This document shows positions 49,778 through 62,245 of a DNA stretch of 64,000 nt, one piece after another (position 1 is the first letter of the stretch; every line of letters begins with the position of its first letter). The notes below the pieces were generated by a model. It had not been told where the DNA came from, did no database searches, and was given only the letters and a program-made list of their open reading frames with translations. The DNA is from Hemiscyllium ocellatum (lineage: Eukaryota): contig NC_083422.1 in assembly GCF_020745735.1 (NCBI RefSeq), positions 47,244,001 to 47,308,000 on the forward strand, written 5' to 3'. Position numbers and translations under genes: made by a program.

Positions 49778-49961
49778 GAGCACGTTTACCTCAGTCATGC
49801 TGCCTCTCTGACCAGCTCCCTCAAAAAAGGAGCCTTTACCAGGCAACCAAACACCGAAAACAAACTCACTCCTTCCCCAATGGATCACTGTCCAGTAACT
49901 ATCACCTCCGCCGCTCCCTTCACACCACTGTATGGCCACTCTCTTGTAGATTAGTCTTCTG

Positions 49962-50402
49962 CACCAGTCACTCTCCTGCACTAGTCATTCTCCCGCATTG
50001 CTCACTCTCCTGCACTGATCACTCTCCTGAACTGGTCACTCTCTTGAACTGGTCACTCTCCTGAACTGGTCACTCTCTTGAACTGGTCACTCTCCTGCAC
50101 TGATCACTCTCCTGAACTGGTCGCTCTCTTGAACCGGTCACTCTCCTGCACTGATCACTCTCCTGAACTGGTCACTCTCCTGAACCGGTCACTCTCCTGC
50201 ACTGATCACTCTCCTGAATTGGTCACTCTCTTAACTGGTCATTCTCCTGCACTGGTCACTCTCCTGAACCCGTCACTCTCCTACTTTTCTTGATGTAGGG
50301 CTTGTGCCCAAAATGTTGATTCTCCTGCTCCTCAGATGCTGCCTGACCTGCTGTGCTTTTCCAGCAACACACTCTCGACTCTCCTGCACCAGTCACTCTC
50401 CT
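49962..50402. repeat. 17-bp minisatellite in the probable CALHM3 3' UTR
   Basis: Unit TCACTCTCCTGAACTGG. Confidence 0.93.
50288..50382 (+). mobile_element. Decayed PLE-terminus element inside the 17-bp minisatellite
   Basis: TGATGTAGGGCTTGTGCCCAAAATGTTGATTCTCCTGCTCC. Confidence 0.7.
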
Positions 50403-51099
50403 GTCTGTACTGGGGAGAGAGGCACACGCTGATAAATGAGAACTAGGAACGAACATAGGGAAAAAAGCAAAATAGAAAAGGAGCAAAACAGAAATAAAAA
50501 AAGAGTGAGGAAGCTAAGGAAAGGGGGAAAACAAGTCATTATATAATTTTGAATTTCTCGCACTCTCTCATAATTTCTGTGTGTTTCTGTCTTTCATTGG
50601 GTAAAGAGAGTGAGATAACAAGGTATATATTCACAGCCAATGATGACTGATATACACAGGCTTGAACACTCCTTTAACTCCACTCTCCTGCTGGGAAACA
50701 GACAGAGACAGTAAACAGGTGAGAGCACAGAGTGAGAGAGAAGATTGGAAGGAGGTGAGAAAGAAGGAGAGATAGAGAGAGAGACAGAGTGTTTGGCAGG
50801 GAGACCTTGGAGACAGTTTGACATTTGTTTCCATTTGAACCATACGCAAAGGTGACACAGCATGATGAACATGTCACAGCTCCCAGTAACACCCATTGGG
50901 GTCAGGATGGTATTCCCAGTGCTGGCAGGGAGAGTGCTGAATTTTGGAGAATTTCATAATGACAATGTCACTTTTCATTTCTGAATTCTATAATTCTTCA
51001 TAATCTCTGCTTTCTGTATGAAACAATGTGTTAAACCTGATAATAAAGTCTACTAGGTGAAAGAAAAAATGCTATTGTTCGTGATTTAATCAAATCACT

Positions 51100-51822
51100 A
51101 TTGAGGGAACACTGGCCTGCTGGAGGGTCAGTACTGTGGGAACACTGCATTGTCGAAGGGTCACTACTGAGGGAGTGCTGCACTGTCGGAGGGTCAGTAC
51201 TGAGGGAGTGCCGCATTGTCACAGAATCGGTACTAAGGGAGTGTTGCACTGTCAGAAGATCAATACTGAGGTTGTGTTGTGCTGTCAGAGGGTCAGTACT
51301 GAGGGAGTGCTGCACTGTCAGAGGGTCAGCACTGAGAGAGTGCTGCACTGTCAGAGGGTCAGCACTGAAGGAGTGATGCACTGTCGCAAGGTTGGTACTG
51401 TGGGAATGCCGCTATTTCGGAGGGTTAGTACTGAGGGAGTGCTGCATTTTTGGAGAATTAGTCCTGAGGGAGTGCTACTCTTTTGGAGAGTCAATACTGA
51501 GGGAGTTCCGCACTATCGGAAGATCAGTACTGAGAGAGTGCTGCACTGTCAGAGGGTCAGTACTGAGAGAGTGCTGCACTGTCAGAGGGTCAGTGCTGAG
51601 GGAGTAACGCATTGTCAGAGGGTCAGTACTGAGGGAGTAACGCATTGTCAGAGGGTCAGTACTGAGGGAGTGATGCACTGTCGCAGGGTCGGTACTGTGG
51701 GAATGCTGCTCTTTTGGAGGGTTAGTACTGAGGGAGATCTGCACTATTTCAGGGTAAGTACTGAGGGAGTGCTGCACTGTCAGAGGGTCAGTACTGAGGG
51801 AGTGCCATAATGTCAGAGGTCA
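51100..51822. repeat. 33-bp satellite in reverse orientation, more diverged
   Basis: Unit TCAGAGGGTCAGTACTGAGGGAGTGCTGCACTG. Confidence 0.95.
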
Positions 51823-52384
51823 CTAGTCCTGTCACAGGGTGATATTGCTGGATGTTTGTTCCTTGTGCAGTTCTGTGTGTATAGGAAGTATCGTTAACTC
51901 ACAAGTCTATCTTCAAATCAGTTGTATCTGTTACAAAATACTGTTCTCTGGTCAAAAATGGAAATTCTGGAGAAACTCAGCAGGTCTGGTAGATTCTGGG
52001 CAGAGAGAAACAGAGTTGTGTTTTTGAGTGCGACATAACTGTTCTTCAGGAAGGTTTGTCATGAAGCTGTTCAATTGGTTTCTGATGGGGAAAGGCTTGA
52101 GGGATATGGAGCTAACAGGTTGAGTGGGATTGAGCTATACCTATAAACTGATTGACTGATGCAACTGGCTCGGAACTCCTGAATAATGAGGGTGATGATG
52201 TGGTGACTCTAATACCTGCAGGTGTCCCAGGTCAATTTACATATGTTTGCATATTGACATTAAACATCAGTGTCACCTGTATGCAAACAGCTGGAGGTCA
52301 CGGCACCTTGAGTATTGGAGCATATCATACACTCACCATTATCTGGCTCCAGCAGTTTTCAGATACAATGTCCTGTGCAGAAGA

Positions 52385-52842
52385 GGCATGGACCAGAGTT
52401 TGTACACAGGGCACAGATTCCTGTACAGACAGCATGGATTCCTGTACACAGGGCAGGAATTCCTGCACACCGTAGCACAGATTACTGTATTCAGGGCAGG
52501 GATTGCTGTACACACAACATGGATTCCTGTACAGACAGCACAGATTCCTGTACACAGGGCATGAATTCCTGTAACCAGGGCATGGATTACTGTACAGATG
52601 GCATGGATTACTGTAGGCAAGGCACAGGCTGCTGGACCTACAGCAAGGATTCCTGTACAGACAGCACAGACTCCTGTATACAGGGCATGGATTGCTGCAT
52701 ACAGGGCATGAATTGGTGAACACACAGCACAGATTCCTGTACAGACAGCACGGATTCCTGTATACACAGCACGGATTCCTGTACATAGGGCATGGATTAC
52801 TGTATACAGGGCATGGATTGTTGTACGCATGGCAAGGATTAC
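52385..52842. repeat. 21-bp minisatellite
   Basis: Unit CATGGATTCCTGTACACAGGG. Confidence 0.92.
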
Positions 52843-53922
52843 TGAGGGATGCACCTAATGAGGGATGTAAACTATCTTCTCCCAAATTTAGTAAGGCCAA
52901 GTATATAACACAACAGTAATGTCACTCATTTAATAATCTTAAACACTAGGCTAATGCTGTAGGAGCTGTGGGTTCAAATCCTACCCCAGCATCTGATGGA
53001 ATTTAAATTAAGTAAATATAATCTGATTATGAAGTTTATTTAAAACCCATTGGTGCACCAAAGCCCCTTTGGGAAGGATATCTGCTGCTCTAACCCTGTT
53101 TGGCCTACATGTGACTCCAGACCTGAAGCGATGTGGTTGACTCTTAACGGAGTGACAAAGCATGTCACTCAGGTCAAGGGCTCTGGGTAATCAATACTGG
53201 CCTTGCCAGCAATATCCACATGCCATAAAATAAAGAAAGTAAACGTCAGCATTGATGTCAGGAAGATGTGGTGGATACCTCAGCGTGATTTACAAAAGGA
53301 ATTGGATGATTCTGAGCAGCAATGCAGCAGAAACATGAACTGAATTAAACTCAATTTCTTCCATCATCCATAACTTCCTCATGCTTTTGAATTTTAACTG
53401 AATCGAACAGACACTATTCGCTGGCCAGCAAGTGTGTTTAATGAGAGGAAGGTGTATTTGATGGGTGGAGAGCATATTTACTGGAAGAACAGTCCATTAC
53501 TGGAGGGGGGTGTTATTTATGGGATGGTGGAGCCATTTAAAGGGAAGGACAGACATCTAGTTTGAAATTCTTGCAATTTTATTGAATCAGATTTGATAAG
53601 TTGTGTCCGTCCATCGTGAAAATATATCTTTAAAGATGAAAACAGGAAAGAATCTGTCATTTGTCATTGGGGAAGGTCATGTTAAATTATAGGGAAATTT
53701 CAAATCAGGAAATTGACTTTGTCATTCAAAGACTTCACGTTTATTCCAATATATTCAAATATGTTCCAATTTAAACAGGATTCAGTCAACAAATGAAATC
53801 ACATCACATTCCTCACACTCCCCCCCCACCTCTCCAATTTCTCAACTTAAAGGTCTCCTCCTCAGAGAATAGGGGTTTTGGTTGGAATATTGATTGGAAC
53901 CCCCTTCAAGCAGAAGATTTGA

Positions 53923-56595
53923 ATGGAGCTGTTTTTGTGTGTTCAGGAGGGTTTCCTAACTCAGTACGTTGACAGGCCGACGAGGGGAGAGGCCATTCTA
54001 GACTTGGTGCTTGGAAACGAGCCGGGGCAGGTATCAGATCTTGTGGTGGGAGAGCATTTTGGTGATAGTGACCACAACTGCCTCACATTCTACATAGCTA
54101 TGGAGAAGGAGAAGATTGGTCAAAATGGGAGGATATTTAATTGGGGAAGAGGAAACTATGATGTGATTAGACATGAGTTAGGAAGCATAGATTGGGAGCA
54201 ATTGTTCCACGGTAAAAGCACTATAGACATGTGGAGACTGTTTAAGGAACAGTTGTTGCAAGTGATGAATAAATACGTCCCTCTGAGACAGGCAAAAAGG
54301 GATAAGATAAAGGAACCTTGGATGACGAGAGCAGTGGAGCTTCTCGTCAAAAGGAAGAAGGTAGCTTACATAAGGTGGAGGAAGCTAGGGGCAAGCTCAG
54401 CTCTAGAGGATTACAGGCAGGTGAGGAAGGAGCTCAAAAATGGGCTGAGGAGAGCCAGGAGGGGGCACGAGAAAGGCTTGATAGAACGGATTAGGGAGAA
54501 CACAAAGGCATTTTACACTTATGTTAGGAATAAGAGAATGGTCAAAGAAAGAGTAGGGCTGATCAGGGATAGCATAGGGAATTTGTGTGTGAAGCCTGAG
54601 GAGGTAAGGGAAGTCCTAAATGAGTTTTTTGCTTCTGCCTTTGCGAAAGAAACGAACTTTGTAGTGAATGAAACCTTTGAAGAGCAGGTGTGCATGCTGG
54701 AATGGATAGAGATAGAGGAAGCTGATGTGCTGAAAGTTTTGCCAAACATTAAGATTGACAAGTCGCCAGGCCCGGACCAGATTTGTCCTCGGCTGCTTTG
54801 GGAAACGAGAAATGCAATTGCTTCACCACTTGTGAAGATCTTTGCATCCTCGCTCTCCACTGGAGTTATACCTGAGGACTGGAGAGAGGCAAATGTAATT
54901 CCTCTCTTCAAGAAAGGAAATAGGGAAATCCCCGGCAATTACAGACCAGTAAGTCTCACGTCTGTCATCTGCAAGGTTTAGATTACTTACAGTATAGAAA
55001 CAGGCCCTTCGGCCCAACAAGTCCACACTGACCCGCCGAAGCGCAACCCACCCATACCCCCACATTTACCCATTACCTAACACTACGGGCAATTTAGCAT
55101 GGCCAATTCACCTGACCTGCACATCTTTGTGACTGTGGGAGGAAACCGGAGCACCAGAGGAAACCCACGCAGACACAGGGAGAACATGCAAACTCCACAC
55201 AGTCAGTCGCCTGAGGTGGGAATTGAACCCGGGTCTCTGGCGCTGTGAGGCAGCAGTGCTAACCACTGTGCCACCATGCTGCTTTCTGTGTTAGAAAGGA
55301 TTCTGAGGGATAGGATTTATGACCATCTGGAAGAGCAAGGCTTGATTAAATGCAGTCAACACAGCTTTGTGATGGGCAGGTCATGCCTCACAAACCTTAT
55401 CGAGTTCTTTGAGGATGTGACTAGAAAAGTTGATGAGGGTCGAGCTGTGGATGTGGTGAATATGGACTTCAGCAAGGCATTTGATAAGGTTCCCCATGGT
55501 AGGCTCATTCAGAAGGTCCGGAGGAATGGAATACAGGGGAACTTAGCTGTCTGGATACAGAATTGGCTGGCCAACAGAAGACAGCGAGTGGTAGTAGAAG
55601 GAAAATATTCTGCCTGGAAGTCTGTGGTGAGTGGTGTTCCACAGGGCTTTCGCCTTGGGCCTCTACGGTTTGTAATTTTTATTAATGACTTGGATGAGGG
55701 GATTGAAGGATGGATCAGCAAATTTGCAGATGACACAAAGGTTGGAGGTGTTGTTGACAATATAGAGGGCTGTTGTAGGCTGCAGTGGGACATTGTCAGG
55801 ATGCAGAGATGGGCTGAGAGGTGGCAGATGGAGTTCAACCTGGATAAATGTGAGGTGATGCATTTTGGAAGGTCGAATTTGAAAGCTGAATACAGGATTA
55901 AGGATAGGATTCTTGGCAGTGTGGAGGAACAGAGGGATCTTGGTGTGCAGATACATAGATCCCTTAAATTGGCCACCCAAGTGGACAGGGTTGTTAAGAA
56001 AGCATATGGTGTTTTGGCTTTCATTAACAGGGGGATTGAGTTTAAGAGTTGTGAGATCTTGTTGCAGCTCTATAAAACTTTGGTTAGACTGCACTTGGAA
56101 TACTGTGTCCAGGTCTGGTCGCCCTATTATAGGAAAGATGTGGATGCTTTGGAGAGGGTTCAGAGGAGGTTTACCAGGATGCTGCCTGGACTGGAGGGCT
56201 TATCTTATGAAGAGAGGCTGACTGAGCTCGGACTTTTTCCATTGGAGAAAAAGAGGAGAGGGGACCTCACTGAGGTATACAAGATAATGAGAGGCATAGA
56301 TAGAGTCGATAGCCAGAGACTATTTCCCAGGGAAGAAATGACTAACACGAGGGGTCATAGTTTTAAGCTGGTTGGAGGAAAGTATAGAGGGGATGTCAGA
56401 GGCGGGTTCTTTACAAAGAGAGTTGTGAGAGCATGGAATGCGTTGCCAGCAGCAGTTGTGGAAGCAAGGTCATTGGGGACATTTAAGACATGCATATGGT
56501 CACAGAAATTTGAGGGTGCATACATGAGGATCAGTGGTCGGCACAACATCGTGGGCTGAAGGGCCTGTTCTGTGCTGTACTGTTCTATGTTCTAA
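53923..56595 (+). mobile_element. CR1 LINE, 5'-truncated, ORF2 largely open (endonuclease end + RT)
   Basis: LDLVL..SDHN, KSPGPD, NYRPVSLTS, DFSKAFDKV, GVPQG and FADDTK; ends in a (TTCTATG)-type tail. Split by a V-SINE. Confidence 0.95.
54978..55280 (-). mobile_element. V-SINE inserted into CR1 ORF2
   Basis: Full-length copy splitting ...VICKV | LERILRD... Confidence 0.92.
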
Positions 56596-58124
56596 TAAGG
56601 GATCAAGTTTGTTCTGATTGTTGATGCAGATGTCCATTTGACAAGTTCCAGGAACTCATTTCCCTCTTTCACACCAAACTCTTCAATTCCCTTTCACACA
56701 CCAGAACTTGCAATAATCCCCCATTCCCTGTCACCCGTCGCCACGCCCCCACCATCACTGTTCTGTTCCTCCCCCGGGATCTCCAACACAATCCTGCAAA
56801 GATGTTCTGGAGCTGAGATGACTGATCTCCAACAACAACCTCTGTCTATCTCCTGATTTTGCCTTGTCCTGGATAAGCTTTGATGAGTCAGGGGGTGAGT
56901 TACTCCCTGCAGGATTCCAAGCCTCTGACCTGCTTTGCTGTTACATTATTTATGTGGCTTGTCTGGTTCAGTGGAATACCGCCTCCAAAATTGCATTCCC
57001 TTTGAAAGTGGAGCTGAGTTTTTTATTTGCCTAGGTTTGTTAGCCTCAGCCACTACTTGCAGTGAGTTGTGTATCTGTATCTCCAGACCACCCTGTTCCT
57101 CCACCCAATTTACATGCTTATTTTCAAAGTATATGTCACCTTCTATTCTTCCTGTCAAAATATATGACCTCACACTTACTTACATTGATGTCAATTTGTC
57201 AATAACACGTCTATTCTGCAAGTTTATTCTTGACCTTCTCAATGTTATCACTATCCTCTCCAAAAACACATGCACTCATTTGGTCTCATCCACAAATTTT
57301 GAAATGGTATTTCAGACTCCCATGCATGTTACTGATATAAATTGCAAGCTATAGTGGTCCCAATGCCAATCCTTGTGGAACTTCACTTCCCATCATTTGT
57401 TAATCGGAGTAAGAACCTTTAAGCCCCATTCTCTGCTTGGAGCTATTAGTTAGTTTACTCTCATTTCCAATAAGACTGTAAAACATAGGAACAGAAGTAG
57501 GCCATTGGGCCCATCAGTCTGCTCCACCATTCAATAAGATCATGTCTGATCTGAAGATCCTCAACTCCACTTTTCTGCCTTTCCCCCATGACTCTTGATG
57601 TCCTTACAGAATAAAAGTCTGTCTCTCTCAGCCTTGTCTATACTCAATGAGCCAGCTTCAACAGCTCTGCTTGGTAAAGAATTGCATAGATTCATTATGG
57701 ACTGAGAGAAGAAATTGCTGCTCATCTCTATCTTAAACAGGTGATCCTTTATTCTGAGATCATGCTCCTAGCTCTTAGACACTCTCACAAAAAAAAACCT
57801 ATTGCACACATTACAATCTTAATCATGAGTCTTGTACCACATCAAAGGTTTTAATAAAGTTCAATTATATTACTTCTGTTTTATTATCCTAATTTAAACT
57901 TTTACTCCATGACCCTCCACCCAGCTACCTTTGTTATTGACTGCATCTCAGCTAATATTAACCCATCTCCTTCACACTGTTACTCAGTAATCGCGCTCTC
58001 CCAATGCCCTTTAGTCCTGATTGCATCTCTGCTGAAGTTAAACCTTCTGATATGATTGTATAGAAGTCCCAACATTTTATCAGTTAGCAGGGGCTGGGCT
58101 GTGTTTGTAGTGTATACCAAGGAA

Positions 58125-59522
58125 ATCAATCCACGTGTTCCCCAACAAGATGAATCTGGACATACAGAACCTGCTAAAAACCAGGCGTGAGGCCTTCAGA
58201 TCAGGAGACCCACTCAAATATAAGGAATCCAAGTATGATCTTTGCAGAGCCATTAAGACAGTAAAGGACCAAGACCAATCCAAACTAGAGACCCAGACAG
58301 ACACCTGATGACTATGGCAAGGACTGAATGACATCTCAGCTTCTAAAAAGAGACAGTGCAAGATAGCAGACGATGACATATCCCTCCCAGATCAACTCAA
58401 TGTCTTCTATGCTCGCTTCGAGCAGAATTTCAGTGGTGAGGTAACATCTATTCCGACAACCCCTGATGAACCTTTCCCAACAGTCACTGCATCAGAGGTC
58501 AAATCAGTTTTCCTTTGTGTCAATCCAAGGAAAGTGACAGGTCCAGACGGAGTACCAGGCCGTGCACTCACAGCATGCACAGATCAACTTGCAGAGATCT
58601 TCTTGGACATCTTCAACCTCTCCCTGCAGCAGGCCACTGTCCCTGCCTGTTTCAAGAGGGCTAACATCATCCCTGTGCCTCAGAAGGCTCATGCAGCATG
58701 TCTCAATGATGACCGCCCAGTGGCCCTAACTTCAGTGGTCATGAAGTGCGTCATGAAGTGCTTTGAAAGGCTGGTCATGGCATTAATCAACTCCAGCCTC
58801 CCCACTACTCTTCACCCATTCCAATTTGCCTATCGGACCAACAGATCCACATCAGATGCCAAATCACTCACCCTTCACTCCTTCCTAAAACATCTTGACA
58901 CCAAGAACAGCTATGTAAGAATCCTACTTATTGACTCCTGGGAGTGGCCGTCCACAAGCTTTCTTAGGCTCTTCAAGTGGATGCACTGATTACAAACGCC
59001 CAACAATGTCTTTTCTTCCTCAGGCAGCTGAAAATACCCTTGCCAACTTTTATAGGTGCGCCATCGAGAGCATTCTGTCTGGATGTATCACTACCTGGTA
59101 TGGCAACTGTACCATTCAAGATCGGAGACGGTTACAGAGAGCGGTGAACTCAGCCCAGAGAATCACAAAGGCCACCCTCCCAGCTAGAGGATCCATCTAC
59201 CAGACCCGCTGTCAAGGAAAGGCCGCCAGCATTCTCAAAGATCCATCCCATCCTGGCAATGTTTTTCTACAATCTCTACCATGGGGGAGAAGGTAGAGAA
59301 GCCTGAACACACACACCAGCCGGTTTCGCGACAGTTTCTACCCCACTGTTGTTAGAATAATGAATGGACTCGCAAACTCTTAACATTCACCTGTACCTGT
59401 GTTTTTCCACTGTTTACCTATTATTGACTATCTATGCTATTTAACTCTGTGATCTGCCTGTATTGCTCACAAGACAAAGCTTTTCACTGTGCCTCGGTAC
59501 ACGTGACAATAAATTCAATTCA
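58125..59522 (+). mobile_element. Rex1/Babar-type LINE fragment with internal deletion
   Basis: GPDGVPGRAL..C.DQLAEIF.DIFNLSL, QFAYR.NRST.DA and FYRCAIESIL..CIT.WYG; tail AATAAATTCAATTCA. Confidence 0.85.
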
Positions 59523-60489
59523 GTGTAGCTTCTCATTTCACACAGAGTCATAGAATCATAGAGGTCTATAGCACGGAAACAGGCCCTTCAGCCCAACATT
59601 GTCATGCCGTCCAGATTTCACAATTTAAACTACTTACACTTGCCTGCATCTAATCTATATCCTTCCATACCTATCCCCCCATGCACCTGTCTGAATGTTT
59701 CCTAAATAACGAAATTGTACTCACTTTCACCACCTCCTTTGGCAGTCCATTCCAGACACTCACCTCCCTCAATGAAATAATTGCCCCTCTGGACTCTTTT
59801 GGATCTCTCACCTTAAACCTATGCCCTCTAGTTTTAGACTCCCCTACCATGGGGAAAAGCTATCAGCTATCTACCTTATTTATGCCTCTCATAATTTTAT
59901 AGGCCTCTATGGAGTCACACCTTGGTCTCCCACGCTTCAGTGAAAAAAGTCCCAGCCTAACGAATTTCTCATTATAACTCAAGCCTTCCAGTCCAGGTAA
60001 ATCCTTTCTGCACTCTTTCTAGTTTAAAAATATCCTTTCTATAGGAGGGTGACTACAACTGCATGCATTATTCCAAATGTGGCCTCATCAAGGTCCTGTA
60101 CAGCTGCAATAAGCCAACAACTCTGATACTCAGTGATTTGACTGATGAAAACTAGCATGCTCAAAGCCTTCTTCACTGCCCTGTCTATCTGTGACTCCAT
60201 TTTCAAGAAGCTCTGAACCCCCGTACACCTAGATCTCATTGTTCTATAACACTTCGCAGGTCCCTACCATTGACTGTGCTCACTAATCCCAGAGAAACTT
60301 TAATATCCTGTCATGAAGAAAACTAATAAACGCTGAAGAATTGTAGCTCGTGAAATGAATTTTCTCATTACATTAAAATAAAAGAATGTGACCAGAGCTA
60401 CTTTAGACAAAATCTAGCCAGTCTGACGGAATTGTAATCTATGTGTCTCTACTCTTGTTTATTCATGACAGTGTATTTGTTTTAATTGT

Positions 60490-61345
60490 TCATGGCATGT
60501 ACGCGTTGCTGGCTACAGCAACATTTATTGCCCACCCTTGGGAGGGTGTTGGTGACCTGCCTTCTTGAACCACTGCCATGTCTGAGATGTTGGTACACAC
60601 ACAATGCTGTTGGAGAGGGATTTCCAGGAGTTTGACCCAGCAACACTGAAGGAATGACAATATATTTCCAACACAGGATGGTAAGCAGATTGGAGGGGAA
60701 CATTGCAGGTGGTGTGTTCCCAAGTATCTGTTTATCTTGTACTTCTATATAATAGAGGTTGTGAGCTTGGAAGGTGCTATCAGGGGAGCTTTGGTGAATT
60801 TCTGCAGTGCATCTGCTGCTACTGAGTGTCTGAGGTGGAGCAAGTGAATGTTTGTGGGTATGGTGTCAAACACGCGGGCTGCTTTGTCCTGGATGGTGTC
60901 AAGCTTCTTGAGTGTGGGGAGTACTCCAACACACTTGAGCCTTGTAGATGGTTGACAGGATTTCATGAGTCAGGAGATAAGTCATTTGCCACAGAACTCC
61001 CAGTCTCTGATCTTGTATCCACAGGTTTGATACGGCAGATTTTATCCAAGTCTTCCTGAACTTAGACATGGACTGCTTTATTATTTGAGAACACCGAATG
61101 GTACTGAATACTGTGCAATCATCAGCGAATATCCCTAATTCTGACCTTACTATGGAGGGAAGGTGAAGCAGGTGAAGATGGTTGGGCCTAGGACACTACC
61201 CTGAGGAACTGCTGCAGAGATGACCTGGAGCTGAGATGACAGGCCTCCTTGAGGTATGACTCTAACCAGTGGAGAGCTATCCCCCAATTCCCAGCGACCA
61301 AAGTTTCATTAGGGTTTGGTCAAATGTGGCCTTAAAGTCAAGTGG
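60490..61345 (-). mobile_element. Non-LTR retrotransposon 3' fragment (CR1/Jockey group); same family at ~12970-13460 and ~14020-15165 (plus)
   Basis: LDFKATFD, VPQGSVLGP and TLKKLDTIQDKAAR. The 3' tail resembles that of the 38725 SINE. Confidence 0.75.
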
Positions 61346-61489
61346 TGTTAAATCTGTGATTTTTCCATAAGGTTTTTCTAAAGTGAGAAGGTGGGCATTG
61401 TGTCCCAGTTGCTCTGTCCAGCTGTGCTTAGGGGAGGAGACTGGTTTGCAAAGCAGATTGCAAACAAATAAAAAGATCAAAACAGAGTC

Positions 61490-62219
61490 AGAGCAAAACA
61501 GACGGAGGGATAGAGCCAGACTGACAGATAGAAAAATAGGGTTAGATTCAGAAGCATAGAGAGGTAGAGACAATGACAGGAAAAAGGAATTGAGAAAATG
61601 TCAAGGGACAGAGTTAAATTGTGAGAGAAAAGAGAGGGGGATAGAGAGAGACCAGGAAATAGAGAGACAGGAAGAATCAAAGAAAGGGGATAGAGAAATA
61701 GAAAGGGATAGAGAGGCGTAAGAAGATATAGAGAGAGGGGAAATAGATGGTGAGAGAAAGGGGGAAGGGATATAGAGAAAGGAGGAAGTAGACGGGCATT
61801 TGAGAGATAGAGGGGTATGGGGGGGGGGATGGGGATAGAGAGGAGGAAATAGAGTGAGGATGAAGGGGATAGAGAGACCAGGGGATAGAGAAAGAGGAGG
61901 AGATACAGATAGTGGAATTGAGAGGGGGGAATAGACAGTGGATAGGGGATATAGAGGGGGAGTGGGGAGTTTGGAGGGGAGAATAAGCAAGGGGTAGGGG
62001 GTATTGGGGGGAATAGACAGTGGATGGGAGTATAGAGGGGGGAATAGACAGTGGATGGGGGAATAGACAGTGGATAGGGGGTATAGAGGGGGAATAGACA
62101 AGGGGTTGGGTGGGGGATATAGAGGGGGGAATAGACAGTAGATGGGGGTATAGACAGTGAATAGGGGATATCGAGGGGGGAATAGACGGGGAGTGGGGGA
62201 TAAAGGAAGAAGGAGAGGG
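61490..62219. repeat. Purine-rich tract with G-run repeats directly upstream of CALHM1
   Basis: GA-rich, with recurring GGGGGGAATAGACAGTGGAT units. Confidence 0.9.
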
Positions 62220-62245
62220 TGTTCTCAATCTTGCTTAGCGGGAGA

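Noticed and set aside
52152-52919. Cys-rich overlapping ORFs resembling keratin-associated or metallothionein proteins
   Set aside because: Translation of a 21-bp minisatellite, open on both strands.
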